Below are positions 19,135-28,529 of a DNA stretch of 64,000 nucleotides, piece after piece (position 1 is the stretch's first letter; every line of letters starts with the position of its first letter). The translations under genes and the position numbers were made by a program. The DNA lies in IMG/VR virus record IMGVR_UViG_3300021387_001774, positions 128,001 to 192,000 of that record; one strand, given 5' to 3'. This DNA comes from a virus (taxonomy: Duplodnaviria; Caudoviricetes). The notes below the pieces were generated by a model. The model searched no databases. It was not told where the DNA came from and saw nothing but the letters and a program-made list of their open reading frames with translations.

Positions 19135-19159
19135 AAGACCCCGAAGTAATCGGGGTCTT
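19135..19159 (-). terminator. Intrinsic terminator of chaperonin gene
   Basis: AAGACCCCGA-agtaa-TCGGGGTCTT followed by a T-tract on minus. Confidence 0.8.
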
Positions 19160-19165
19160 AGTAAT

Positions 19166-21274
19166 TTATTGACGACTGAATGAGGCACTAGCCATGTACG
19201 CTGCACCTGTTTCCAACTGTTTAAGCTGGAGAGCTTCAACGTCAACATTTGGTGGCATAAGAGAAATCATATTTCCAACATTAATCAATTCTCCTACACT
19301 CTCGATAATGACTCTAAGAAGTGCTGCATCAGTATTTCTTGGAACCATAATGGAAGTACTAGACTCAACTGAATCAGGATCAAATTTCTCATCCATATTA
19401 GTCATAATGTTATAGATCGTTGGATCTTCACGATGTACACATTCCTTCCATTTATCCATAGCAATCTTAGAATCTCTATACATGTTATACAATGCATAGC
19501 GATAAGCGTTACCAAATGAATACTGGATAGCTTGTACAATAATACTTACGATTTCACGAAGACTTGTAAAGTTCTGTGCTGCAGTAATATTGATTTTTAC
19601 TTTATAAATATCCTCAATAATACTATTAACAAGATAATCAAAATTATGTTCGATAAAATGACAAATGGCCATATTACCACCGATAGAAACTCCACCATGT
19701 TTAATAGCTGCTGCTACAGATGATGTTGCATCTTCGATGATAAGCTTTCTAGAATATTTTGCCTTCTGAGTTCTACCACCACAATAGTAGTAAGTAGTTC
19801 TAGCCTGAAGGTTATCTATACGACTAAACAAATCATCTTCATCATAATCTGTTTTATGGAACTTAACCTTCTTCAACTTTTCAGCACGACTCTTAAGATC
19901 TTTAATAAGAGAATCAAAAGCTTCCTTATTTGGTTCACATCCTACAAAGTTTGTTTCACCACGACCACAAGAAATATGCTCACAAGTTCCAAGAAGATTC
20001 TTCAACTGTTCCATACGGATATCTTTATCCTTAGAGAATTCAGTCATCTTTGTAAGTTCTGTACTAAATGCTCTAGAATTTGTCATCAAAAGAAGATCTT
20101 CAAATCTAAACTGCTCAGTAATCAATTGATTCTTCAACAAAGAAGCACAAATAGAAATCTTTCTAGTTCTAGCAGAAGGATCAGCATCGGGAGAATTCAA
20201 TTCTTGTCCAAGTTCATTATAATATGTACCATCAATACACTGTCTCATGTATTGAGCAATTTCATAATTGAAATTGGATGCAACTACATAAAGTGGTCTC
20301 TTGAACTCAAAAGCTACTGTTTCTACAATCTGCTTAAATGCTGGAAGATCTGTTTCAAGCACAGAACCATCAAACATAGCAATCATAGGTTTATCTGCTT
20401 CCCATGTAAAATGATCTGCAGAATTACACATACGTGCTTCATCGAGAGGTCCAGTAGGCACAACGAATGCATTAGTTTCTTCGTAATATTCATCTTCTGT
20501 CTTAGACTCTGTAACAATAACAGAACCACGACCATCAAGTTTATTACGATAAAGTTCGGCAATCTTTTTACCGGTTTCCAAATCATTATTAGCAGAAATT
20601 GTAGCTACTTTAGTAAGCCATTCTACTACATCATCTTCATCTTTCTTATTATCGTATTTTCCTACTTCATTTACTTTAGGGAAAATCTTTTGATACTTAG
20701 TATTCTTATCAAGTTCTTTAATAATTCTTTCAGAAGCAATAGTAGAAATATTCTTAATTCCTACTGGAGAATACTTCCATACACCTTTAGATTGATCGTT
20801 AAAGATTTCTACAAACTTCTTAAGAAGTGCATTCTGAATAGGAATACCAGATGATGTAGAATCACCTACTTCACTCTGCATATATTCAGAAGCTTCTCGA
20901 ATTGTTTTGAAAATACCATTAGGGATAGGTTGACTATACTTCATATTCTGAAGAATAGTGTATCCATCACGAGTATTATAAATAGGTACTTCTCTATCTG
21001 CAAACTGTTGAATAAGAGTTGCATCAGCATATGGACCAATTGTATGACCAATAGCGGTTTCAGCAGCTTCAGAAATATTAAGAATTTCATGAATTACGGC
21101 ATCATTTCTAACGATATTTGGCTTAGAAGTTTTATATTCATTCTTACCAAAGCCCATATCAGAAATACGCATGTCTGCAAAATCACCTTCAAGTTGCATA
21201 CCAATAGAATCATTAAAATTCTGTTGTTCAATCTCTTTCTTGAGATCCTCAGCTATCTTATTTGTTTCTTCCAT
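19166..21274 (-). CDS. Phage GroEL-like chaperonin
   Basis: TIGPYA (cf. TLGPKG), TRDGYTIL (TNDGVTI), VGDSTSS (AGDGTTT), ATISANND, IEDATSSVAAA and GGN. Confidence 0.88.
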   Translation of the reverse strand: MEETNKIAEDLKKEIEQQNFNDSIGMQLEGDFADMRISDMGFGKNEYKTSKPNIVRNDAVIHEILNISEAAETAIGHTIGPYADATLIQQFADREVPIYNTRDGYTILQNMKYSQPIPNGIFKTIREASEYMQSEVGDSTSSGIPIQNALLKKFVEIFNDQSKGVWKYSPVGIKNISTIASERIIKELDKNTKYQKIFPKVNEVGKYDNKKDEDDVVEWLTKVATISANNDLETGKKIAELYRNKLDGRGSVIVTESKTEDEYYEETNAFVVPTGPLDEARMCNSADHFTWEADKPMIAMFDGSVLETDLPAFKQIVETVAFEFKRPLYVVASNFNYEIAQYMRQCIDGTYYNELGQELNSPDADPSARTRKISICASLLKNQLITEQFRFEDLLLMTNSRAFSTELTKMTEFSKDKDIRMEQLKNLLGTCEHISCGRGETNFVGCEPNKEAFDSLIKDLKSRAEKLKKVKFHKTDYDEDDLFSRIDNLQARTTYYYCGGRTQKAKYSRKLIIEDATSSVAAAIKHGGVSIGGNMAICHFIEHNFDYLVNSIIEDIYKVKINITAAQNFTSLREIVSIIVQAIQYSFGNAYRYALYNMYRDSKIAMDKWKECVHREDPTIYNIMTNMDEKFDPDSVESSTSIMVPRNTDAALLRVIIESVGELINVGNMISLMPPNVDVEALQLKQLETGAAYMASASFSRQ

Positions 21275-21633
21275 TCACGTTCCTCCAGAACTCCTTTAGT
21301 ATTTTTGGAAATTGTTATTGAATTTATTTTATTCTTTGATGTGGATAATTCGATATTGTTTTCAGAGCAATATGATTTAACTCTTTCCATACTCTTATCA
21401 TCTACATCTGTATCTATTTTTGCAGTAATTGTTTTATTCTTACGATCTTGTATTATCTTATTTATTGGGAGATACCTTTTCATGGTATTTCCACAGTTTT
21501 CTTCAAAATGATGAAGCTCCACATAATGATTTGTATAATTCACATCATATGGGTCATCAGGTTTTCCATTAGTGGAAAACACATCTGTTGCTATATCGAC
21601 CATGAAATCGATAAGCGTCTTTGTAAAATTCAT
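21253..21633 (-). CDS. Hypothetical protein
   Basis: 126-aa ORF overlapping the chaperonin start. Confidence 0.55.
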   Translation of the reverse strand: MNFTKTLIDFMVDIATDVFSTNGKPDDPYDVNYTNHYVELHHFEENCGNTMKRYLPINKIIQDRKNKTITAKIDTDVDDKSMERVKSYCSENNIELSTSKNKINSITISKNTKGVLEEREWKKQIR

Positions 21634-21685
21634 TTTAGTATATCAAATCTCCATACCAAATAAAATATTTTACTATCGAGCAATA

Positions 21686-22114
21686 TTATCTAGCTCCTAA
21701 TTCCTTTAATACTTTATCATCCAATTTAGTAGTCTCATTCTTCGTGTATGCATTTATTGCACCAGTTTCTTTAAATTCCTTATAAGAAACATCAATATTA
21801 TGAAATTCATTACTAACTATATTTTCAAATGTTGGTATATCTAAAGATAATAATTGTTCGATAGTAAACCGACCTTCAAGTAATTTTGAGGCGTTCAATA
21901 TATTCTGCATTATTTTATCAGATTGTTTATCCATCGTTTCTCTTATAACATCTTCATGAGTTTCTTCTACTTGAAAATAATCACTTCCGCCGCCTACATA
22001 AACATCTTCTTCTATTTCTTTCTTCTTATTTTTATTTTTGTTGTTAACAGGTTTTAATTTTTCTTGCGCAGCCTTTTCTTTTTCTTTTAGACTAACTCTT
22101 CCTGCGCGATCATA
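21686..22114 (-). CDS. -1 frame extension (gpGT-like C-terminal part) of the upstream ORF
   Basis: Frame stays open 60 codons upstream of the tracked ATG 21934, back to the T8 run, with no ATG/GTG/TTG. Confidence 0.65.
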   Translation of the reverse strand, partial: YDRAGRVSLKEKEKAAQEKLKPVNNKNKNKKKEIEEDVYVGGGSDYFQVEETHEDVIRETMDKQSDKIMQNILNASKLLEGRFTIEQLLSLDIPTFENIVSNEFHNIDVSYKEFKETGAINAYTKNETTKLDDKVLKELGAR

Positions 22115-24183
22115 AAAAAAAGCGTTTCAGGTTCTACAGAAATATTACCAAGTTCTGCTTTACAAGTAGGTTCATGACATACTCCTCCCTTGATAGCATG
22201 ACGAATTCCTGTAACCCTTACAAGTTTCTGTAATGTTTCATCAGTAATAAGTGCTTTATAATCTGCCGGAGAAAGATTCTGGATAGAGTTATAGATAGCA
22301 TTCTTATCATCAAAATTAACATAAGAAACTTTTACACTATTATTTTCTTTATCTTCATCAACAATATCAGCAACAATGAGTTTATTAAGATACAGATAAT
22401 AACGAAGTTCAATAAGATCTTGTGTAAGACCAAATGAAGAATCGATATATACTGTAGATCCACTATATTCATCAGTGTAAGAAAGATCCTTATCTCTAAA
22501 GATTTCAATAAGATCTTCCATAGCTGCAAGAGCTTCACCAATTGTAGGAATCTTTAGGTCATAAATAAATGCTGAATTAGGCAATGCTTTCTTTGTACGA
22601 TAAGTATTGTTAGCCATTTCAACAATCTTTTCTTCCTGGAATTCCTTATAGATCTTTGCTGATTCTGAAGCATCAAGAGTTGAACCCTTTTCAATATAAT
22701 AAATAAGCTTATTAATATTGATATTGGTATTCAACAAGAAACAAAGATCCTTTGGTTTAGCATCTACAAAGTTATCTGAACCACATGTTCCACAAGCTAT
22801 ATTAAATCTATGTTCCTTAGATTGAGATGTTGTTGCATAAGCTGCAAAGAACAACTGTTGGAAATCAGGGAACTTCAAAATCTTATTAAATAATTCATCA
22901 AATGATGGCTTCTCAACATATCCAGATACTGCAGTAATATGTTTATAGAATAACTGCAACTGTTTCTTACGTTTCTCAATAAAGTTCTTATTCTTTTCAT
23001 AGATATAATCTGGATCATTCTGATCAAGGTCTAGAAGCTTTTCTTCAATAAGACAAATTTCTTTAATATCAGGCCATGAGAATGCTGACATACTAATTAC
23101 AACACCAGAAATAATCATTGGAACTACAGCGATTGATGGTTGTAATGTAGGATAAACTGTGTTCAAATAAATTTTCTGTCTATCTTGAGCAGTCTTAGCA
23201 TTAATTCCTACAGACTTGATCTTACTTGTATCATCGATTTCGATATTTCTTAGAATCTTTGCATTCTTTGAAACTCTTGTTTTAAATGATGTTACTTCTC
23301 CATCGCCACCATAATATTCAACAGTTCTTTCTTTCTTAGTAGCTGTTTTCTTCGGCTTTTCTTTCTTTTCTTCTTCCTCATCAATAATTTCTACCTTCAT
23401 ATTTGTAGTAGGTGTTTCTTTTGTAGCATCATCACTATAAATATCATCGATAGTCTTATTGATCTTTTCTACAGTCATTTCTTCTGCATCTTCATATGAA
23501 TCACTATTCTTGATAACTTCTGTATTTGCGATTTCAACTTTCTTATCCAAGTCATCAAAATCTTCAATAGTGTTCTTAACTGTAGGAACAGATTCTGCAT
23601 TACTTTTCTTATCTTTAATCTGCTCTGCATATTCTGGAGAAATAATATCGACTTTCTTTTTCTTTGTTTCTTTCTTCTTGGTCTTTGGTTTTTCTTCGGT
23701 AACTACAGGTTCTTCTTCGACCTTCTTAGCTTTCATTTTTTCTTCTTCTCTTGCTTTAATTTCCTTGTCAATAGCTTCTTCCATATTTACAAATGGATAC
23801 TCTGATGGTGGTTCTTCAATTCCATCAGGAAGTGTTTCAACAGTTTCTACTTTAGGTTCTTCTTCAACCTTCTTAGTTCTCAAAATCTTTTCTTCCCTTT
23901 CTTTAATTCGTCTATCAATATCTTCATTTATATCACCTGGATATTCTGATGCAGGTTTATCTTCAACTTCATTTGATTCATCTTTAGCCTGCAATTCAGA
24001 CATTTCTTCATGGAATTTATTAGGATTATTCTGAACTTGTTCAGTTTTTTTCTTAGCTAGTTCTTCTTGATGTTTTTCATTCAATTCGTCCATCATTTGT
24101 TGTCTCTGTACAACATTTGGATTTTCCATTTGATTAACGAATTCATCATTCTTTTCATTATCAGTCATTACTACACACTCCAA
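22087..24183 (-). CDS. Putative tail-assembly-chaperone-like protein with acidic disordered N-terminus
   Basis: Acidic/Lys-rich N-half with a ~50-aa duplication; C-half with CGTC and CHEPTC; ends LFF on a slippery T8; probable start ATG 24168. Confidence 0.55.
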   Translation of the reverse strand: MECVVMTDNEKNDEFVNQMENPNVVQRQQMMDELNEKHQEELAKKKTEQVQNNPNKFHEEMSELQAKDESNEVEDKPASEYPGDINEDIDRRIKEREEKILRTKKVEEEPKVETVETLPDGIEEPPSEYPFVNMEEAIDKEIKAREEEKMKAKKVEEEPVVTEEKPKTKKKETKKKKVDIISPEYAEQIKDKKSNAESVPTVKNTIEDFDDLDKKVEIANTEVIKNSDSYEDAEEMTVEKINKTIDDIYSDDATKETPTTNMKVEIIDEEEEKKEKPKKTATKKERTVEYYGGDGEVTSFKTRVSKNAKILRNIEIDDTSKIKSVGINAKTAQDRQKIYLNTVYPTLQPSIAVVPMIISGVVISMSAFSWPDIKEICLIEEKLLDLDQNDPDYIYEKNKNFIEKRKKQLQLFYKHITAVSGYVEKPSFDELFNKILKFPDFQQLFFAAYATTSQSKEHRFNIACGTCGSDNFVDAKPKDLCFLLNTNININKLIYYIEKGSTLDASESAKIYKEFQEEKIVEMANNTYRTKKALPNSAFIYDLKIPTIGEALAAMEDLIEIFRDKDLSYTDEYSGSTVYIDSSFGLTQDLIELRYYLYLNKLIVADIVDEDKENNSVKVSYVNFDDKNAIYNSIQNLSPADYKALITDETLQKLVRVTGIRHAIKGGVCHEPTCKAELGNISVEPETLFFMIAQEELV

Positions 24184-24184
24184 A

Positions 24185-24218
24185 AAAAGAAGAAAGATAT
24201 TTCTATCTTTCTTCTTTT
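24185..24218 (-). terminator. Intrinsic terminator
   Basis: AAAAGAAGAAAGATA-tttc-TATCTTTCTTCTTTT 15-bp stem. Confidence 0.7.
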
Positions 24219-24229
24219 GATTAATTTAC

Positions 24230-24964
24230 TTAGAACGGATCGTAATCCGCACTAGGAGAATAACCGCCAGAATTACCACCAGCGTTTTGATTATATGAAG
24301 CAGTATCACCTTTGTTTCCACCCTGTCTTCCACTGAAGCAAGATGAAATATATCTAGTAATACTATTAACAGCTGCATCCTGAATCCTATAAACCATAGG
24401 AATCAAAGGATCCTGAAGTTCCTTGATAACATTAACGAATTCAAATGCCTGAATATCAGCATAATCAATATTGTTAACTTTACAAGTAGCTTCAATCTTA
24501 CCATTAGGAACTCTACTATTAAATACAACTTCAATAGTATCGTTCTTTTCGTAATCTGTATATGAGATCTTTACTCTCGGAATCCCATCATACATTTCTG
24601 TATCAACAACAAGAAGACCAGTTGATACTTCTGTACCATCTCGCATTGATGTTGTTGGAATCTTGATCACTTCATCAGGATTATAGTTCTGTCCAGCTGC
24701 ATAAGCATCTCTACGACGAGCCATCATACCTTCAAGAAGTCTTGAGAAATCGAATGCCTTTCCTGCTGGAAGATAACAATTCAAATCAAGTACATTCTCT
24801 GAAGTAATTCCACGTTTAAAATGTAATGTTGTCATACCATTATAGTAATTAACATACATCATCGCATATGCACCATTATCACCCGGTTTCTTATAAGAGA
24901 AATAGGTTGAACTCATCTGTGCACTAATATGGTAGGCGTTATACCTCTTCTTTTCCTCTGCCAT
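24230..24964 (-). CDS. Putative single-stranded DNA-binding protein
   Basis: Beta-rich core, Gly/Asn-rich linker and acidic C-terminal tip ADYDPF resembling the SSB tail DDDIPF. Confidence 0.45.
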   Translation of the reverse strand: MAEEKKRYNAYHISAQMSSTYFSYKKPGDNGAYAMMYVNYYNGMTTLHFKRGITSENVLDLNCYLPAGKAFDFSRLLEGMMARRRDAYAAGQNYNPDEVIKIPTTSMRDGTEVSTGLLVVDTEMYDGIPRVKISYTDYEKNDTIEVVFNSRVPNGKIEATCKVNNIDYADIQAFEFVNVIKELQDPLIPMVYRIQDAAVNSITRYISSCFSGRQGGNKGDTASYNQNAGGNSGGYSPSADYDPF

Positions 24965-25283
24965 CTTCGGTCTCCTGTTTAAAATAACGATGTGAGCGAT
25001 CTTTCATTTCATTATAAATCTCTCTCATGCACTGTGGAATATACCACACATCCATGTCATCATTTGTTCTATAAGTAAATGGTTCTTCACTAATTTTCCA
25101 TTCACCAAACTTTCTCTTATTAGCGCGTTCCAAAGCAAGAGTTACAAGTTCTTTCTTTGTCTTTGGTCTATCGGCTTTGTTAAGATAGCAGCAACCAAGA
25201 ATATCTCTATCAATTGCTACAACGCACCCAATAGGTCTATTATCATTCTTATCTCGAACATACTTAACGATAAACTTACACAT
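24939..25283 (-). CDS. Hypothetical phage protein
   Basis: 114-aa ORF coupled to neighbouring genes. Confidence 0.6.
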   Translation of the reverse strand: MCKFIVKYVRDKNDNRPIGCVVAIDRDILGCCYLNKADRPKTKKELVTLALERANKRKFGEWKISEEPFTYRTNDDMDVWYIPQCMREIYNEMKDRSHRYFKQETEDGRGKEEV

Positions 25284-25703
25284 CTAAGTCGTCTCCTCAT
25301 ATTTAGATGAAATTTTTAGGATGTTATCAAGTAAATCCATATCATGACTATCTTTAAACATAATATCGTTTAGACCAAACATACTACACTTCACACAGAA
25401 TGTATGTAACATAGCAAACTCTGTAAGAGTTAACTTATATTCTGATACAACATCTGGATCATAAGCAAAGAACTTTTCACTCATGATCTTTGGATCTACA
25501 ACTTCATCTACTTTAACACAGTTATCTAGTAAAACATCAATCAATACTCTTCTAGCATTCTGAAGTTTTTCTGTTCTTTCTTTTGTAAACATTTCATTAA
25601 AAACTTCTCTAATATTCTTAAGTGCATCTTTCACACGAGCATCATTCAATGCTGCATTTTCTTTATCTTTTAATAATTGGATTCCTCTAATTGTTGTTGC
25701 CAT
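25284..25703 (-). CDS. Hypothetical protein
   Basis: Start moved to ATG 25703 (MATTIRG) behind GAGG. Confidence 0.6.
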   Translation of the reverse strand: MATTIRGIQLLKDKENAALNDARVKDALKNIREVFNEMFTKERTEKLQNARRVLIDVLLDNCVKVDEVVDPKIMSEKFFAYDPDVVSEYKLTLTEFAMLHTFCVKCSMFGLNDIMFKDSHDMDLLDNILKISSKYEETT

Positions 25704-25704
25704 T

Positions 25705-25884
25705 TTAACCTCTTGAAAATTCCATAGAATTTGTACCACATGCACATTCGTTCTTTGTACAATTTACACATTTACTAGCTTCTTCTCTACTCATCTGTTT
25801 ATTAGGTTCATTCATTACTCCATCCATAGAATCTCTAATGGACTCATTAGAACGAACATGAGTTTCATAATCTTTATCTTCCAT
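25705..25884 (-). CDS. 59-aa Cys-rich hypothetical protein (not in ORF track)
   Basis: AGGAG SD; MEDKDYETHV...KCVNCTKNECACGTNSMEFSRG; fills the gap and stops 1 nt before the next ATG. Confidence 0.55.
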   Translation of the reverse strand: MEDKDYETHVRSNESIRDSMDGVMNEPNKQMSREEASKCVNCTKNECACGTNSMEFSRG

Positions 25885-25913
25885 AATACTTCTCCTATTT
25901 AAGATATATACTA

Positions 25914-26357
25914 TTATGAGTTATTCTTTAATTTTTTAATCATTTTACGTTCATTCTTAGCTATTTCTTCATTCTTTACACTTTCAAAGTCGAATTCTTC
26001 AAGACTATAATGAAATAGATCTGCTAAGTATTTAGTTTTTTCTTTAACAAATTCATAATGTTCTATGTCATAATATTCCATTTTTGCTACATTTGGTATA
26101 AATTGTGGTAAGAAATACTTAACGACTTGTTCTAATCGTTTAGGATCAGAACACTTATATACGTTAAGTATTTCTTTTAAATAACCATTTGTATCACTAT
26201 TATTATATTGCTTCATACGTCTAAAAACATTGTTGGAAATTCCAAGCTTAAGTGTATCTTTACCATGAAAGTTTACACAAATTAGGTAAAAGTATTTACA
26301 TTTTTTACTTTGTTTTGGTGTAGTTCTAGGTCGTCCAACTCTATTTTTCTGATTCAT
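25914..26357 (-). CDS. GIY-YIG superfamily (T5orf172/MUG113-like) protein
   Basis: YFYLI...TLKLGISNNVFRRMKQYN...LEQ...EYY pattern; N-terminal GRPR AT-hook-like motif. Confidence 0.65.
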   Translation of the reverse strand: MNQKNRVGRPRTTPKQSKKCKYFYLICVNFHGKDTLKLGISNNVFRRMKQYNNSDTNGYLKEILNVYKCSDPKRLEQVVKYFLPQFIPNVAKMEYYDIEHYEFVKEKTKYLADLFHYSLEEFDFESVKNEEIAKNERKMIKKLKNNS

Positions 26358-27651
26358 CTGTAATTCCTAACGTTTCGTTCTTAAATAATTTATAACTATC
26401 TTCATGGTTATATGAAGATCCAATAAATTTATCTTTAATATCTTTCTTAGCTGATTCTACTAACATAGTTAGACTCTGTGTAGCTGATTCTATCATATTT
26501 ATAGTTGATGTTATATCTCTTGTAATGCTTAATTCTTTCATAGATTTATCTATGTAATCTAGTTTGGCTATCTCGCCGCTATATTCTATATCATTTACAA
26601 TCATTTCTGAATCAATAGCATATTCACAATATTGTCTATGTAATGGTTTAGTCATCCTTATTTCTCTAGAACTATCAAACAAATGTAAATCACACATCAT
26701 AAATTGATCCGATATTCTAGTTATTAAATAAAAATTGCCTTTAAGTTTGTTTCCTAGTATTTCAATTTTCTCATTTATTTTATCTAACAATTCATTAACA
26801 AATGTATCAGTCGTATTTTGATTAAACTTCAAGAATGAACTTAATGAAGTTATATTTAACTTATTACGTAATCTTGAATCATATACAAATTCTACCTGTT
26901 CAAATGGTAAGAATAAATAGCTAGTAAAGAAATCACCCATATATTCATTAAGATTAATTGTTTCTTTATCTACAAATATTCCAGTTTGTTGGATATTTCG
27001 TTTGAAATTTAATACTGAATCTATATCACTTTTATTAAAGATAATTTTTGTTCGATTATCTACTATTTCATCCATAATAATAGCTCTACCATCATATCTT
27101 CTGTAACCTTCTTCTAATTCCATATGTCTTTTAGAATAATATTTTGGATTATAGTTTTCTCCAACTACTACTTCTTTATACATAGGATATTGGTCTGCTG
27201 AGAAGTTTATTATACCGAATGATGAAGATTTATTTACAGTCAAATCAACCAAACTTAAACCCAAATCAATAGTTCTATTATCTGGAGTTTCTATTACATT
27301 ATATGCAAATGCATACATAGGTTTTACTAAACATTTATCAAGACAAACACTTATGTTTTTCTTGACACTCTTGGAATCTAACGTATCTGGATATTCCAAT
27401 TCACACAAATAAACTGTCTTATTATATATCGTACCTAATTTCTTATTCTTATCTTTACTAATATTAGTAATCAAACAACCTACATTAGTTATAACATCGT
27501 TATTTGCAATGTTATACATATTCTTCTTTTCTTTCATAAAAATATTAATCTTACGAAAATAATTCTCAAAGCCTATATCACTTAATACTTTGTATTCTGA
27601 GTCTAATGTCTTATTATTTCTTGAACGTTCAAGAAAATTATTCATATTCAT
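26341..27651 (-). CDS. Hypothetical protein
   Basis: 436-aa ORF; promoter motif at 27678-27687. Confidence 0.7.
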   Translation of the reverse strand: MNMNNFLERSRNNKTLDSEYKVLSDIGFENYFRKINIFMKEKKNMYNIANNDVITNVGCLITNISKDKNKKLGTIYNKTVYLCELEYPDTLDSKSVKKNISVCLDKCLVKPMYAFAYNVIETPDNRTIDLGLSLVDLTVNKSSSFGIINFSADQYPMYKEVVVGENYNPKYYSKRHMELEEGYRRYDGRAIIMDEIVDNRTKIIFNKSDIDSVLNFKRNIQQTGIFVDKETINLNEYMGDFFTSYLFLPFEQVEFVYDSRLRNKLNITSLSSFLKFNQNTTDTFVNELLDKINEKIEILGNKLKGNFYLITRISDQFMMCDLHLFDSSREIRMTKPLHRQYCEYAIDSEMIVNDIEYSGEIAKLDYIDKSMKELSITRDITSTINMIESATQSLTMLVESAKKDIKDKFIGSSYNHEDSYKLFKNETLGITDESEK

Positions 27652-27732
27652 AAAATATCGACCCCCTTAGTATATTAATAATATATATTCTAAATAAATA
27701 TAAAATGTGGAGAATAAATCTCCACATTATGA

Positions 27733-28515
27733 TTATTTCTTAATACGTTTCCTCGTAAGATAATTCAAATACAAATGTATTGAATTAAACAAATACTTTG
27801 GTTTCTTTTTTGCATTTGTCTTAACAAATGGTGTTAATAGTTTTGGAATTCTTTCCTCTAACATTGGACCTTCCACATAGAACTTATATACACCATATAG
27901 CTTTCGTTTATCTAAATTCGTACAATCTGAGAAATAATACTCTGTATGTTTAGATCTATTATACAATGATAGCTTTCCAATTAATTCATATTCTTTTTTA
28001 TTTTCTGGATTAAGATTTTTATAAATATTGTGTTTAAATGGTATGTATTTTGTTTCTTTCTTTTCTTCTTTAAACTTCCATGCTACATATCGTTCTGCTA
28101 ACATATTGAAATTCAATGCATAATACCATGTGTCAAACTTCTTATCATAATAGAAATAATACTCTTTAAGATATGTATCAGAATTTCTATATTCCATAGA
28201 ATCTTTACGTTTAGATAAACTATCTATATATTTGATTATATCTTCTTTCTTAATAGCTTTATCAAACTTATATTGAGTAAAGTTATACAGGAATAAACCA
28301 GAATTAGCATTCAAGAGATTATAAATAATCTTCTTTGAATGAGATTTCAGTTTACCAAATAGATTGAATTCTACTGGAACTCTGATAATGAAATCACCAA
28401 AGTTTTTACCTTTGGTAATAAACTCCTCTTTCCACGTGTATGAAAAGTCCCTCTCCTTTTTAAGAACATGGTTCTTTTTCTTAGAATCATGTTTGATGTC
28501 TTTCCTATTAGACAT
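27733..28515 (-). CDS. Basic hypothetical protein
   Basis: 260-aa ORF with GGGAGG SD, downstream of DNA polymerase. Confidence 0.65.
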   Translation of the reverse strand: MSNRKDIKHDSKKKNHVLKKERDFSYTWKEEFITKGKNFGDFIIRVPVEFNLFGKLKSHSKKIIYNLLNANSGLFLYNFTQYKFDKAIKKEDIIKYIDSLSKRKDSMEYRNSDTYLKEYYFYYDKKFDTWYYALNFNMLAERYVAWKFKEEKKETKYIPFKHNIYKNLNPENKKEYELIGKLSLYNRSKHTEYYFSDCTNLDKRKLYGVYKFYVEGPMLEERIPKLLTPFVKTNAKKKPKYLFNSIHLYLNYLTRKRIKK

Positions 28516-28529
28516 TCAAATCCTCCCTT

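Noticed and set aside
19856-20854. 332-aa plus-strand ORF
   Set aside because: Lies fully antisense to the chaperonin; no SD or motifs; best explained by codon bias on the coding strand
23459-24034. Ser/Phe-rich plus-strand ORF and the other short shadow ORFs in the track
   Set aside because: Mirror images of Glu/Lys-rich genes on the opposite strand, or nested out of frame in well-supported genes
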